From Actinomycetota bacterium (GTDB taxonomy: Bacteria > Actinomycetota > Thermoleophilia > Gaiellales > Gaiellaceae), in NCBI GenBank assembly GCA_005884575.1, contig VAWW01000026.1, positions 8,575 through 72,574 of the forward strand: a stretch of DNA of 64,000 nucleotides, given 5' to 3'. Below the pieces are notes generated by a model. That model was not told the DNA's origin and made no database searches. It was given only the letters and a program-made list of their open reading frames with translations. The position numbers were made by a program, and so were the translations under genes. Shown here one piece after another: positions 25,791 through 36,617 of the stretch (position 1 is the stretch's first letter; the number at the start of each line of letters is the position of its first letter).

Positions 25791-26785
25791 CGCGGGCCGC
25801 GATCGTCGGCACCGGCTACGTCGCCCGCGTGCACGCGTACGCGCTGCGCGAGCTCGGCGTGCCTGTCGTCGCCGTGTGCGGCCGTTCGACGAAGGAGGAG
25901 TTCGCGCTGGAGGTCGGCGGGGCGCCGTACGACCACCTCGCGCGGCTGCTCGACTCGGAGCAGATCGACGTCCTGCATGTGTGCACGCCGAACGCCGTCC
26001 ACGCGGAGCAGGCGTTGCTCGCGCTGGGGCGCGGCGTTCACGTCGTGTGCGAGAAGCCGCTCGCGGTCTCGACTGCGGAGGCGCGGGAGATGGTCGCGGC
26101 GGCCGAGGGCCTCGTCAACGCCACGTGCTACCACACGCGCTTCTACCCGCTCGTGCGGCGAATGCAGCAGGAGATCGCGACGATCGGCAGCGTGACCGCC
26201 GTCCACGGGCGGTACGCCTGCGACGACCTGATCGTCATGCCCGGCGGCTGGCGCGTCGATCCGGCCGCCGCCGGCCCGAGCTACGTCGTCGGCGATCTCG
26301 GCACGCACTGGCTCGACGCCGCGGAGCACGTGACGGGCCTGCGTGTCGAGGAGGTGCTGGCCGAGTTCAGAGGCGAGCCGCTGGAGCACACGGCCGCGCT
26401 GTCGCTCCGCTTCGACAACGGCGCCGTGGGCTCGTGCCTGTTGTCAGCCGGCGCAGCCGGCCGAAAGAACCAGCTGCTGCTCGAGATCGAAGGAGAGCGG
26501 GGCGGCTTCACGTGGGACCAGGAGGAGCCGAACGTCCTGCTGCACCGCTCGGCCGAGCCGACGCGGATCGTCATGAAGGACGCCGGCGTCCTGGCGCGCT
26601 ACCCGGCCGGCCATGCAGAAGGCTACGGCGATGCCTTCCGCAACCTCTTCGCCGAGGTGTATCGCGCAGTGCGCGGCGAGCCGCACGATCCCTTCCCGAC
26701 CTTCGCCGACGGCGCGCGCGGCGTCGCCCTCGTCGAGGCGGCCGTCAGCAGCGCGCGCGAAACACGCTGGGTCGAAGTCCCATAG
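25787..26785 (+). CDS. Gfo/Idh/MocA-family oxidoreductase
   Basis: The GTG at 25787 overlaps the upstream TGA (GTGA). Motifs AAIVGTGYVARVHA and HVVCEKPLAVS. Confidence 0.85.
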   Translation: MTRAAIVGTGYVARVHAYALRELGVPVVAVCGRSTKEEFALEVGGAPYDHLARLLDSEQIDVLHVCTPNAVHAEQALLALGRGVHVVCEKPLAVSTAEAREMVAAAEGLVNATCYHTRFYPLVRRMQQEIATIGSVTAVHGRYACDDLIVMPGGWRVDPAAAGPSYVVGDLGTHWLDAAEHVTGLRVEEVLAEFRGEPLEHTAALSLRFDNGAVGSCLLSAGAAGRKNQLLLEIEGERGGFTWDQEEPNVLLHRSAEPTRIVMKDAGVLARYPAGHAEGYGDAFRNLFAEVYRAVRGEPHDPFPTFADGARGVALVEAAVSSARETRWVEVP

Positions 26786-26804
26786 CCATGTCCGTCGCAG
26801 CCAA

Positions 26805-26843
26805 GACCCGGGACCTCCCCCGGTCCAGGTCCCCGGTCGTGGC
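26805..26843. repeat. family-1 palindromic repeat, copy E
   Basis: GACCCGGGACCT-CCCCCGGTCC-AGGTCCCCGGTCGTGGCC. The flanks CCAAG.../...CGTGG extend the dyad. Confidence 0.8.
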
Positions 26844-26920
26844 CGCCGGAGACATGGAGGCGGTGCCGAGTTGCCGCGACGCGTGCGGGACGACGCGAAA
26901 CCTCCCCGACAATCCGGCCA

Positions 26921-26961
26921 GGTCCCGGGACCTGGACCGGGGTAGGTCCCGGGTCGTGGCC
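26921..26961. repeat. family-1 palindromic repeat, copy F (inverted loop)
   Basis: GGTCCCGGGACCT-GGACCGGGGT-AGGTCCCGGGTCGTGGCC, preceded by GGCCA. It starts 116 bp after copy E, between convergent gene ends. Confidence 0.8.
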
Positions 26962-26983
26962 GTTGGAGACGGGCGCGGTGGTT

Positions 26984-27835
26984 CTATGAGCGCGCGCCGG
27001 CGGCGCCGTGTCGTAGTCTCCTCGCTCGCCTGATCGCGGTCGGGAGAACAAACGCGATGCCGATCAGCAGGATCGACGCGCCGAGGAGCAGCGACGCGAG
27101 GGCATTGACCTCCGGCGTGATCCCGAACTTGACCTGCGTGTAGATGTAGATCGGCAGCGTGTTCTGCGCACCGATCAGGAACAGCGTGATGATGAACTCG
27201 TCGAGCGAGAGCGTGAACGCGAACAGCGCGCCCGCGAACACCGCCGGCATGATCAGCGGCAGCACGACGTGCCGCAGCCGCCGGAACGTGTTCGCACCGA
27301 GGTCGCTCGCAGCCCTCTCCAGTGCCGGGTCGAACCCCTGCAGCCGCGCCGCCACGAGCAGCATCACGAACGGCGTCGTGTAGACGCTCTGCCCGATCAC
27401 GGCGGTCTGCGGCGACAGCTGCCAGTGGAACACGCTCGTGAACAGGACGAGCAGGCTGATCCCGATCAGCAGTCCGGGGATCATGATCGGCAGCGTCATC
27501 CCGATCCGGATCCCGCTCCGGAACGGCAGCCGCGAGCGGACGAGCGGGAACGCGGCCGCGGTCCCCACGACGGTGCTGATCAGCGTCACCTCCGCCGAGA
27601 CCTTCAGCGTCGTCGTCAACGCGTCGCGGATCTGGTAGTCGCCGAACACCTGCCCGTACCACTTCGTCGTCCAGCCGGTGAACGGGAACGTGCCGTAGCG
27701 GTTCGCGTTGAAGCTGAACGCGACGAGCAGCACGACCGGTGCGAAGAGGAAGACGTAGACGAGCACCGCCCAGCCTCCGAGCAGCCCACGCATCAGCCCC
27801 GCCCGCGGCGAGACGACTTCAGCGTCCCGAGGCAT
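26984..27835 (-). CDS. ABC transporter permease (PotC-like, polyamine/opine type)
   Basis: ORF track, 283 aa, 6 TM segments, with an EAA-like loop DLGANTFRRLRHVVLP. Confidence 0.85.
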   Translation of the reverse strand: MPRDAEVVSPRAGLMRGLLGGWAVLVYVFLFAPVVLLVAFSFNANRYGTFPFTGWTTKWYGQVFGDYQIRDALTTTLKVSAEVTLISTVVGTAAAFPLVRSRLPFRSGIRIGMTLPIMIPGLLIGISLLVLFTSVFHWQLSPQTAVIGQSVYTTPFVMLLVAARLQGFDPALERAASDLGANTFRRLRHVVLPLIMPAVFAGALFAFTLSLDEFIITLFLIGAQNTLPIYIYTQVKFGITPEVNALASLLLGASILLIGIAFVLPTAIRRARRLRHGAAGARS

Positions 27836-28736
27836 ACGGATCCTTGATCTCGAGCGAGCGGCGGAAGACGACGAGCAGGACGACGATCAGCGCCGCGATC
27901 AGCAGCGACGCGGCGGCGCCGCGCGTGTACTCGGCGCCGGAGAAGAAGTTGACGATCAGATTCCCGATCATGATCCCGCGCGTGCCGCCGACGAGCTGCG
28001 GCGCGAGGTACTCGCCGAGGATCGGGATGAAGACGAAGATCACCGCCGTCGTGATCCCCGGCCTGATCTGCGGCAGCAGGATCTTCCGCATCGCAGTCGC
28101 CGGCCGCGCGCCGAGATCCATCGCCGCCTTGAACTGATCCCAGTCGAAGCGCTCGAGCGAGGCGTACAGCGTCAGCGCGGCGAACGGGAAATAGAGATAC
28201 ACGAGCACGAGCACGACCGCCGGCCGGTCGTAGAGGAAGAAGGAGACCGGACTGCTCGTGACGTGCGTCCACTGCAGGAAGCGGTTGATCGCGCCCGACG
28301 GGCCGAGGATGTTCAGCCACGAGTAGACGCGCAGGAGGTAGCTCGTCCAGAACGGGAGGATCACGAGCACGAGGAGCGTCCGCTGCAGGCGCCTCGGCAC
28401 GTGGCGGACGAGCCAGTACGCGAAGGGAAACGCCACCGCGATCGTTAGCGCGGTCGAGAGCACCGCGACCCAGACCGTCGCCCACATCGTGCGGACGTAG
28501 GTCGGGACGCTGAAGAAGTAGCGGTAGTTGTCGATCGTCCACTCGTGGACGACGTTGTAGTCGCGCACCTTCCAGAAGCTGTACGCGACGACGATGCTGA
28601 GCGGGACGGCGAAGAAGGCGCCGTAGAGGATCAGCGCCGGCGCGAACCCGAGGTACTCGCCGACCGCGAAGCGGCGCGCGCCCACCCGTCCGCCTGCCGG
28701 GCGGGTGGGTGCGGTCGCTTCCGGTACGACGCCCAA
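27819..28736 (-). CDS. ABC transporter permease (PotB-like)
   Basis: ORF track, 305 aa, TTG start. Loop motif AAMDLGARPATAMRKILLPQIRPG. Confidence 0.85.
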   Translation of the reverse strand: MGVVPEATAPTRPAGGRVGARRFAVGEYLGFAPALILYGAFFAVPLSIVVAYSFWKVRDYNVVHEWTIDNYRYFFSVPTYVRTMWATVWVAVLSTALTIAVAFPFAYWLVRHVPRRLQRTLLVLVILPFWTSYLLRVYSWLNILGPSGAINRFLQWTHVTSSPVSFFLYDRPAVVLVLVYLYFPFAALTLYASLERFDWDQFKAAMDLGARPATAMRKILLPQIRPGITTAVIFVFIPILGEYLAPQLVGGTRGIMIGNLIVNFFSGAEYTRGAAASLLIAALIVVLLVVFRRSLEIKDPYASGR

Positions 28737-28739
28737 GTG

Positions 28740-29840
28740 CTACGCCCCCAGCGCCTCGTTGAATGCGTCGACGTATGCCTGCTCGTTGCCGGCCGGGCCC
28801 TTGATCGTCATCTTCAGGGCCTTCTGCGGCTGGTTGTAGAGCAGCCGCTTCGCGCGGTCGCCGTGGCCCTGGTTGACGAGCATCTTCCAGGCCTTCTCGT
28901 TGAAGAGCGGGCGGCCGTTCGTGAGGAAGTTCTGGGCGATCCAGGGCGCCTGCTCCGTCGTGTTGATGAACTTCTCGAACACGGCCTTGTTCTTCGACGC
29001 CTTCACCATCTGCTCGGAGTCGATGAAGCCGATCGTGCCTTCCTTCGGGTAGGCCGTCTTGATCACCGGGCCGCCCGCGTCCTTGACGCGGTCGTCGGTG
29101 CCGAGGTTCGTGATCCCGATCCATGCCGACCCGTCCGCCAGCGCACGCACGACCTCGTTGTTCTGCGAGGCGAGCTTGAGGACGTTCGGCTTGAACGCCT
29201 TGAGGAAGTCCTTCGCCTTCGAGATCTCGGCCGTGGTCATCGAGTACGGCTTCTTCGCGCCGGTCGCGCGCGCGGCGATCGCCATGACGTCCGTCGGGAT
29301 GTTCTCCAGCGAGATCTTGCCCTGGTATTTCTTGTCGAGCAGGGCGTGCCACGAGTCGGGCTTCGTCGTGACGTACTTCGGGTTGTAGTAGATCTGAACG
29401 GTCGACCACGAGAACGGGTAGCCCATGTAGTGCGACCCGTCCTGCCAGAACGGGAACGAGCGGGCGATCGAGAAGAGCTGCTTCGACACCGGCAACGCCG
29501 ACAGGTCGAAGGACTCGGTGAGCCCGTCCTTGTGGTATTTCGGCACCCAGAGCGCGTCGCCGGAGACGATGTCGAACTGGCTGCCCGTGCGCTTGATCTT
29601 CAGATAGGCGTCCGCGTTGTCGCTGAACAGCGTCGGCCGGCCCTGGATCCCGATCGACTTCGCGACGGCCTTCAACTGGTCGTTCGCGTAGTGATCCGAC
29701 CAGGTCAGCCAGTTGAGAGTCGTGCTCTCGGCGCGGGCGAGTCCGGCGAACGCCGGCCGGGCTGCGACGAGCCCGAGGGCTCCCGCTCCGCCGGCTTTCA
29801 GCAGGTCGCCGCGGGTGATGCCGCGTTCGTAGACGCTCAC
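28740..29840 (-). CDS. ABC transporter substrate-binding protein (PotD/PotF-like)
   Basis: ORF track, 366 aa. The GTG start overlaps the ATPase stop (GTGA). It has an N-terminal signal and the typical PotD-family length and pattern. Confidence 0.8.
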   Translation of the reverse strand: MSVYERGITRGDLLKAGGAGALGLVAARPAFAGLARAESTTLNWLTWSDHYANDQLKAVAKSIGIQGRPTLFSDNADAYLKIKRTGSQFDIVSGDALWVPKYHKDGLTESFDLSALPVSKQLFSIARSFPFWQDGSHYMGYPFSWSTVQIYYNPKYVTTKPDSWHALLDKKYQGKISLENIPTDVMAIAARATGAKKPYSMTTAEISKAKDFLKAFKPNVLKLASQNNEVVRALADGSAWIGITNLGTDDRVKDAGGPVIKTAYPKEGTIGFIDSEQMVKASKNKAVFEKFINTTEQAPWIAQNFLTNGRPLFNEKAWKMLVNQGHGDRAKRLLYNQPQKALKMTIKGPAGNEQAYVDAFNEALGA

Positions 29841-30856
29841 GTTTCCTCCTGTGGGGAATGCGATTCCGGAAGCAGCACTGCGTCGTCAGGCTCCCACCAA
29901 AGGGTCACCTCCTGGTCGGGTTTCAGGTCTCGCTCGCCGGCCTGGTCGCGGCCGAACAGGGATGCGAGCACCGGCGCGTCGACGCCCTCGCACGCGACGG
30001 CGACGCGCGTCTGGTTGCCGAGGAACGACGTCTGCAGGATGCGGCCGCGCAGGCCGTCGCGCGGCTCGGTCGAGATCCGAACGGATTCGGGCCGGATCAT
30101 CAGCACCGAGCCGTTCGAGGAGCCGCCCTCGAGGAAGTTGGACTCGCCGATGAAGTCGGCGACGAACCTCGAGCGCGGCCGGTTGTAGATCTCGCCCGGC
30201 AGGCCCACCTGCTCCACCCGACCCTCGTTCATGACGGCGATCCGGGTGGCCATCGCCATCGCCTCCTCCTGGTCGTGCGTCACGTAGACGAAGGTCGTGC
30301 CGACGTCGCGGTGGATCTGCGCGAGCTCGACCTGGAGCCGCTTGCGCAGCTTGAGGTCGAGCGCGCCGAGCGGCTCGTCGAGGAGGAGCACCGCGGGCCG
30401 GTTGACGAGTGCGCGCGCGACGGCGACCCGCTGCTGCTGGCCGCCGGAGAGCTGGCCGGGAAGCCGATCGCCGTGCTGGTCGAGGCCGACGAGCGCGAGC
30501 GCCTCGCCGATGCGCGACCCGGCCTCCTGCTTGGGGACGCGCGCCATCTTCAGGCCGAAGGCGACGTTGTCGCGGACGTTCATGTGCGGGAACAGCGCGT
30601 AGGACTGGAAGACGGTGTTCACGGGCCGGCGGTGCGGCGGCAGCCGGTCGACGCGCGCCTCCCTGATCAGGATCTCGCCCGTCGTCGGGGCGACGAAGCC
30701 GCCGATCAGGTTCAGCGTGGTGGTCTTGCCGCAGCCGGACGGGCCGAGCAGGCAGAAGAACTCGCCCTCGGCGATCTCGAGGTCGATCTCCGTCAGCGCC
30801 TGCTGCGCGCCGTAGCGCTTGCTGACTCCGCGGAGCGAGATTGCCGCGGCGGTCAG
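29837..30856 (-). CDS. ABC transporter ATP-binding protein (PotA-like), probable CTG start
   Basis: The conserved N-terminus [11 protein letters not shown]...[11 protein letters not shown] begins 6 codons after the LacI stop. There is no ATG/GTG/TTG in frame nearby. The CTG at 30856 overlaps the LacI TGA (CTGA) and lies 4 nt after GGAGGA. The track ORF start at 31426 lies inside the LacI gene. Confidence 0.7.
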   Translation of the reverse strand: MTAAAISLRGVSKRYGAQQALTEIDLEIAEGEFFCLLGPSGCGKTTTLNLIGGFVAPTTGEILIREARVDRLPPHRRPVNTVFQSYALFPHMNVRDNVAFGLKMARVPKQEAGSRIGEALALVGLDQHGDRLPGQLSGGQQQRVAVARALVNRPAVLLLDEPLGALDLKLRKRLQVELAQIHRDVGTTFVYVTHDQEEAMAMATRIAVMNEGRVEQVGLPGEIYNRPRSRFVADFIGESNFLEGGSSNGSVLMIRPESVRISTEPRDGLRGRILQTSFLGNQTRVAVACEGVDAPVLASLFGRDQAGERDLKPDQEVTLWWEPDDAVLLPESHSPQEET

Positions 30857-31890
30857 CGCTCCTCCTCGCAGCCGCAGGAGCGGCGCCGGATCAACGTCAC
30901 GGGAACGCGAACGTCCCTGCGCGGGGCGTCCTCGTCCTCCATCGCGCCGACGAGCAGCGTGGCGGCGGCGCGGCCGACCTCGGCGGGGTCGTAGCCGACT
31001 GCGGTCAGCGACGGCTCGAGCAGTGCGCCGAAGTACGGGTCGTCGAAGGTCACGAGGGCGAGTTCGTCGGGGAGCCGCACGCCGAGCTCGCGGCACGCGG
31101 CGAGGCAGCCGAGCGCGAGCTCGGCGCTCGACGCGACGATCGCGGTCGGCGGCCGTTCGAGGGCGAGGAGCGCGCCTGTCTGCTCGGCGCCCGAGTCCAG
31201 CGTCCACGGCCCGGTGCGGATCAGCTCCGGCGCCGGGCGGGCGGCGGCAACGAACGCGTCCAGGCGCTCGCTTCCCGACGTCTCCTGCCGTGGTCCGGCG
31301 AGAAGGGCGATGCGAGTATGGCCGTGGCCGCGGAGGTGCTCGACGAGCATCTCGATCCCGGCGGCGTTCTCGAGCGTCACCGTGCCGGCGCCCGCACCGT
31401 CGAGCACGCTGTCGAGGAAGACGCACGGCGTCTCGGCGTCGACGACGTCTGCGAAGGCGGCCGGGCCGACGCCGGCGGTCGCGACGAGCAGGCCGTCGAC
31501 CTGGTGGTTGACGAGCGTCCGGAGCGCAGCGACCTCCCCCTCGACGCTCTGCTCGGAGTCCATCAGCATCACGCGGTAGCCCGCGGACTCGAGCACGGAC
31601 TGCGCGCCCTTGAGCGAGGCGGCGTAGAACGGGCTCGCGATGTCGGGGACGACGTAGCCGACGGTGGTCGTGCGGCGGGTGCGCAGCGACCGGGCAAGGG
31701 GCGACGGCTGGAACCCGAGCCGCTCGGCGGCCTCGATCACCGCGGCGCGCGTGGACGCGGAGAGCTCACCCCGGCCGTTGAGCGCGCGCGAGGCGGTCGA
31801 GGCCGAGACACCGGCCGTGGCGGCGACGTCGGCGAGGGTCGCAGGCCGCCGCCGGCGGCCGACCTGATCCGTCGTCAATCGATTGCGCAA
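30853..31890 (-). CDS. LacI-family transcriptional regulator
   Basis: ORF track, 345 aa. The HTH reads ATLADVAATAGVSASTASRALNG, followed by a periplasmic-binding-fold C-domain. The start is the TTG at 31890, or the TTG at 31878. Confidence 0.85.
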   Translation of the reverse strand: MRNRLTTDQVGRRRRPATLADVAATAGVSASTASRALNGRGELSASTRAAVIEAAERLGFQPSPLARSLRTRRTTTVGYVVPDIASPFYAASLKGAQSVLESAGYRVMLMDSEQSVEGEVAALRTLVNHQVDGLLVATAGVGPAAFADVVDAETPCVFLDSVLDGAGAGTVTLENAAGIEMLVEHLRGHGHTRIALLAGPRQETSGSERLDAFVAAARPAPELIRTGPWTLDSGAEQTGALLALERPPTAIVASSAELALGCLAACRELGVRLPDELALVTFDDPYFGALLEPSLTAVGYDPAEVGRAAATLLVGAMEDEDAPRRDVRVPVTLIRRRSCGCEEER

Positions 31891-31898
31891 GCGATTGC
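31875..31898. promoter_or_regulatory. tandem LacI-type operator-like dyads overlapping the LacI start codon
   Basis: TCAATCGATTGC immediately followed by GCAAGCGATTGC, in the divergent gap between the LacI gene and the Gfo gene at 31924. Confidence 0.5.
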
Positions 31899-31923
31899 TG
31901 ACGCTGACATACTCGATTCCGGC

Positions 31924-32949
31924 GTGTCAAGCGCTCCCGAGATCCGCCTCGGCGTGGCCGGACTCGGCGGCATGGGGATGGTGCATGCGGGCAACGCCCG
32001 GGCGCTTCCGGGGGCGCGGCTGGTGGCGGTCGCGGCGGCCCGGGAAGGGCGCGCGGAGGAGGTCGGCGCCGAGCTCGGCATCGACGCTTGCTCCTACGAC
32101 GAGCTGTTCGGCCGGAACGACGTGGACGCGGTCGTCGTCGCGGCCCGTTCGGTCGACCATGCGGAGGTCGCGACCTCCGTGCTGGAGGCGGGGAAGCACC
32201 TGTTCCTCGAGAAGCCCGGGGCGACGACGCTCGCCGGCCACGAGCGCCTGCGTGCGGCGGCGCGTCCGGGGCTCGTCGTCCAGCCCGGTTACCAGCGGCG
32301 CTTCGACGAGGGCTACGCCGAGGCGCGGCGACTCGTCGAGGAGGGCGCGATCGGCGAGCCGCTCGTCGTCCTCGCGACGAGCCGCGACATGGACTGGCCC
32401 GAGGTCGAGCTGCCGTCGGACACCGGCGGGTTCCTCCTCGACATGGCCGTCCACGACTACGACGTGGCGTGCTGGTTCCTCCCGGTCGAGGTGACGGCGG
32501 TGCGGCAGGCGCGCGTCTATCCCGAGCTGGAAGCGCTCGGCGACCTCGACAACGCGCTCGTGACGATCCGCTTCGCCAACGGCGGCATGGCGGTCACGCA
32601 CGTGTCGCGCACGTGCGCGTACGGGCACGACGTCCGCTGCGAGATCGTCGGCAGCGAGGGCTCGGTCTTCGTCGGCGAGACGGGCGCCGGGCTCGTCACA
32701 GCCGCCGAGCGCCCACGCTACCCGCAGGACTTCCGCGAACGATTCGCCGACGCCTACCGCGAAGAGCTCGCGGCGTTCGTCGCCGCGTGCCGCGGCGAAC
32801 CGCAGCGCGGCGCGAGCATCGAGACGACCGTCGCGCGGTGGCGATCGGAATCGCCGCCCGTGCAAGTGCCGTCGCCGGCGAGCCGCGCGCGGTGGGCCGC
32901 GACTGGCCCTGGTCCTAGCGGCCCCGCCTGGGGTCAAGTCTTGCAATGA
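31924..32949 (+). CDS. Gfo/Idh/MocA-family oxidoreductase with a probable frameshift near its 3' end
   Basis: GTG at 31924. Motifs IRLGVAGLGGMGMVHA and HLFLEKPGATT. After ...PQRGASI (32820), the family-typical C-terminus DDRRAVAIGIAARASAVAGEPRAV is read only in the frame starting at 32823 (stop 32916-32918). The annotated frame gives a nonsense tail running into a repeat. Confidence 0.75.
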   Translation: MSSAPEIRLGVAGLGGMGMVHAGNARALPGARLVAVAAAREGRAEEVGAELGIDACSYDELFGRNDVDAVVVAARSVDHAEVATSVLEAGKHLFLEKPGATTLAGHERLRAAARPGLVVQPGYQRRFDEGYAEARRLVEEGAIGEPLVVLATSRDMDWPEVELPSDTGGFLLDMAVHDYDVACWFLPVEVTAVRQARVYPELEALGDLDNALVTIRFANGGMAVTHVSRTCAYGHDVRCEIVGSEGSVFVGETGAGLVTAAERPRYPQDFRERFADAYREELAAFVAACRGEPQRGASIETTVARWRSESPPVQVPSPASRARWAATGPGPSGPAWGQVLQ

Positions 32950-32980
32950 CGGACGGGGTTGCAACGCAAGACCTGACCTC
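32930..32980. repeat. family-2 51-nt palindromic element, copy 1
   Basis: GGGGTCAAGTCTTGC-aatgacggacggggttgcaac-GCAAGACCTGACCTC. It is the reverse complement (about 88% identity by hand alignment) of the copy at 52028-52078. Confidence 0.85.
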
Positions 32981-32998
32981 GGCCTTGGCTTGTCGGGA

Positions 32999-33907
32999 CT
33001 AGAGGCCCGCGACTTCGGTGAGCCAGCGGCGGTTGCGGGCCTGCGCTGCCGCGGCGACTGACGCATCCTCGTCGGCGGCCGGGATCAGGTCCTGCTCGAC
33101 GACGAGCCAGCCGTCGTAGCCGATCTTCTCGAGCTCCGCGAAGAACGCTGGTAGATCGACGTCGCCGGTACCGAGCTCGCAGAAGACCCGGCGGCGCCAT
33201 GCTTCCTCCATCCCCGCGCGGTCCGCGATCACCGATTCGAGGATCGAGAACTTGACGTCCTTCACGTGCACGTGGTCGATTCGGTCCGACCAGTCGCGGA
33301 GGGCCTGCACCGGATCTCCGCCGCCCAGCGCGAGATGGCCCGTGTCCAGCAGCAGCCCGACGTCCGTCAGCTCGAGCATCCGCTCGATCTCCCACGGCGC
33401 CTCGACGTACGTCGCGGTGTGGTGGTGGAACGTCGGCCGGAAGCCGCGGGCCCGCGCCTGCTCCGCCGCTCGGGCGACGCCGTCGGCAAAGCGGCGCCAG
33501 CGGGCGTCGTCGAGGCCGACGGAACGATCCTTCGCCGCGGCGCCCGGCCGGGCGGCGCGCGCCGCCGAGCCCGCGTCGGCGAAGATCGGCCGCGCGTCCG
33601 CTGCGCCCGCAGCCTCGAACAGGTCGAGCGTCCCATTCATCGCCTGCAGATCCTCATCGAGCGCATCCGGCTCGCTGAAGCGAATCGGGATGTAGCCGCC
33701 GGCGAGCGCGAGGCCGCGGCTCTCGAGCCGCCCGCGCAGCTGCGTCCGGTCGCCGAGGTAGCCGGGCGGCCCGAGCTCCGTTCCCTCGTAGCCGGCGTCC
33801 GCGATGGCGTCGAGAACCTCCGACGCTTCCGGGACATTCGGAAGGACGCCGACCGTTATCTCGAAGGCGCCGTAGCTACAGGGCGCGTTGCCGACGCGGA
33901 CGGCCAC
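32999..33907 (-). CDS. sugar phosphate isomerase/epimerase (xylose-isomerase-like TIM barrel; IolE/MocC-like)
   Basis: ORF track, 302 aa, GTG start. Motifs GYEGTELG, FHHHTATYVE, LLLDTGH, HVHVKD and WLVVEQD. Confidence 0.8.
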   Translation of the reverse strand: MAVRVGNAPCSYGAFEITVGVLPNVPEASEVLDAIADAGYEGTELGPPGYLGDRTQLRGRLESRGLALAGGYIPIRFSEPDALDEDLQAMNGTLDLFEAAGAADARPIFADAGSAARAARPGAAAKDRSVGLDDARWRRFADGVARAAEQARARGFRPTFHHHTATYVEAPWEIERMLELTDVGLLLDTGHLALGGGDPVQALRDWSDRIDHVHVKDVKFSILESVIADRAGMEEAWRRRVFCELGTGDVDLPAFFAELEKIGYDGWLVVEQDLIPAADEDASVAAAAQARNRRWLTEVAGL

Positions 33908-33916
33908 GGGCGCCGA

Positions 33917-36067
<2,151 letters not shown>

Positions 36068-36160
36068 GCCCGCACATTACTTCAGTTTGTATAGCCAGTC
36101 CAGAGGAACCCCGCAGGACCGCCCGGGGTAGTAAGGTCACCTCCTCTCGAAAGGACTGCC

Positions 36161-36617
36161 ATGCGCAGGTATCTCGCCGCCGCCGCCGTCCTCGCGACGG
36201 CGCTCGCGCTCCCGACTCTCGCGCTCGCGAAGGGCCCGTCGAGCGCGTCGATCACGGGCCCGGGCCTCAACCAGCTGCTCGCCGTGAACGGACAGGGTGA
36301 GGGCGGCCTGGGAACGCCGCTCGGCAACCTCGTCGACCTCGGCGGCTTCTTCCCGCAGATGTACGGCCAGTCGGCCGACCCGACGCTCAGGCACCAGCCG
36401 AAGGGCCACGTACGTCGTGCCGGGGCCGAACAACACGAAGAGCAAGGTCGTCCAGAGCGTCTACCCGTACGCGAAGCCGGTGCCGCTGACGTTCATGAGG
36501 CCGGGACAGAGCTTCTGGGGCTCGCGGAGGACGTACGGCGGCTGGTTCCGCTCCACCTTCAGCCTGAAGGACATCCTCGTCAAGGCCGGCCTGCCGGCGA
36601 CGGCGCCGATCCGCTAG
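36161..36617 (+). CDS. small secreted hypothetical protein, frame disrupted at ~36407
   Basis: The signal peptide MRRYLAAAAVLATALALPTLALAKG and ~80 aa lie in frame 36161. The G/C3-rich continuation TYVVPGPNNTKSKVVQSVYPYAKPVPLTFMRPGQSFWG...PIR lies in frame 36297..36617. The span is 457 nt = 3n+1. Confidence 0.6.

Noticed and set aside
1514-26961. Possibility that the paired palindromic repeats are a degenerate CRISPR array.
   Set aside because: There are only two copies per locus. The repeats are strong palindromes with differing loop orientation, spacing is variable (104-132 bp start to start), and there are no cas genes. REP/MITE-like elements fit better.
36068-36160. Molybdenum-cofactor riboswitch upstream of the Mo-oxidoreductase gene.
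   Set aside because: Only a vague GAGGAGG-containing stretch is present. No convincing match to the Moco RNA motif could be made by eye.
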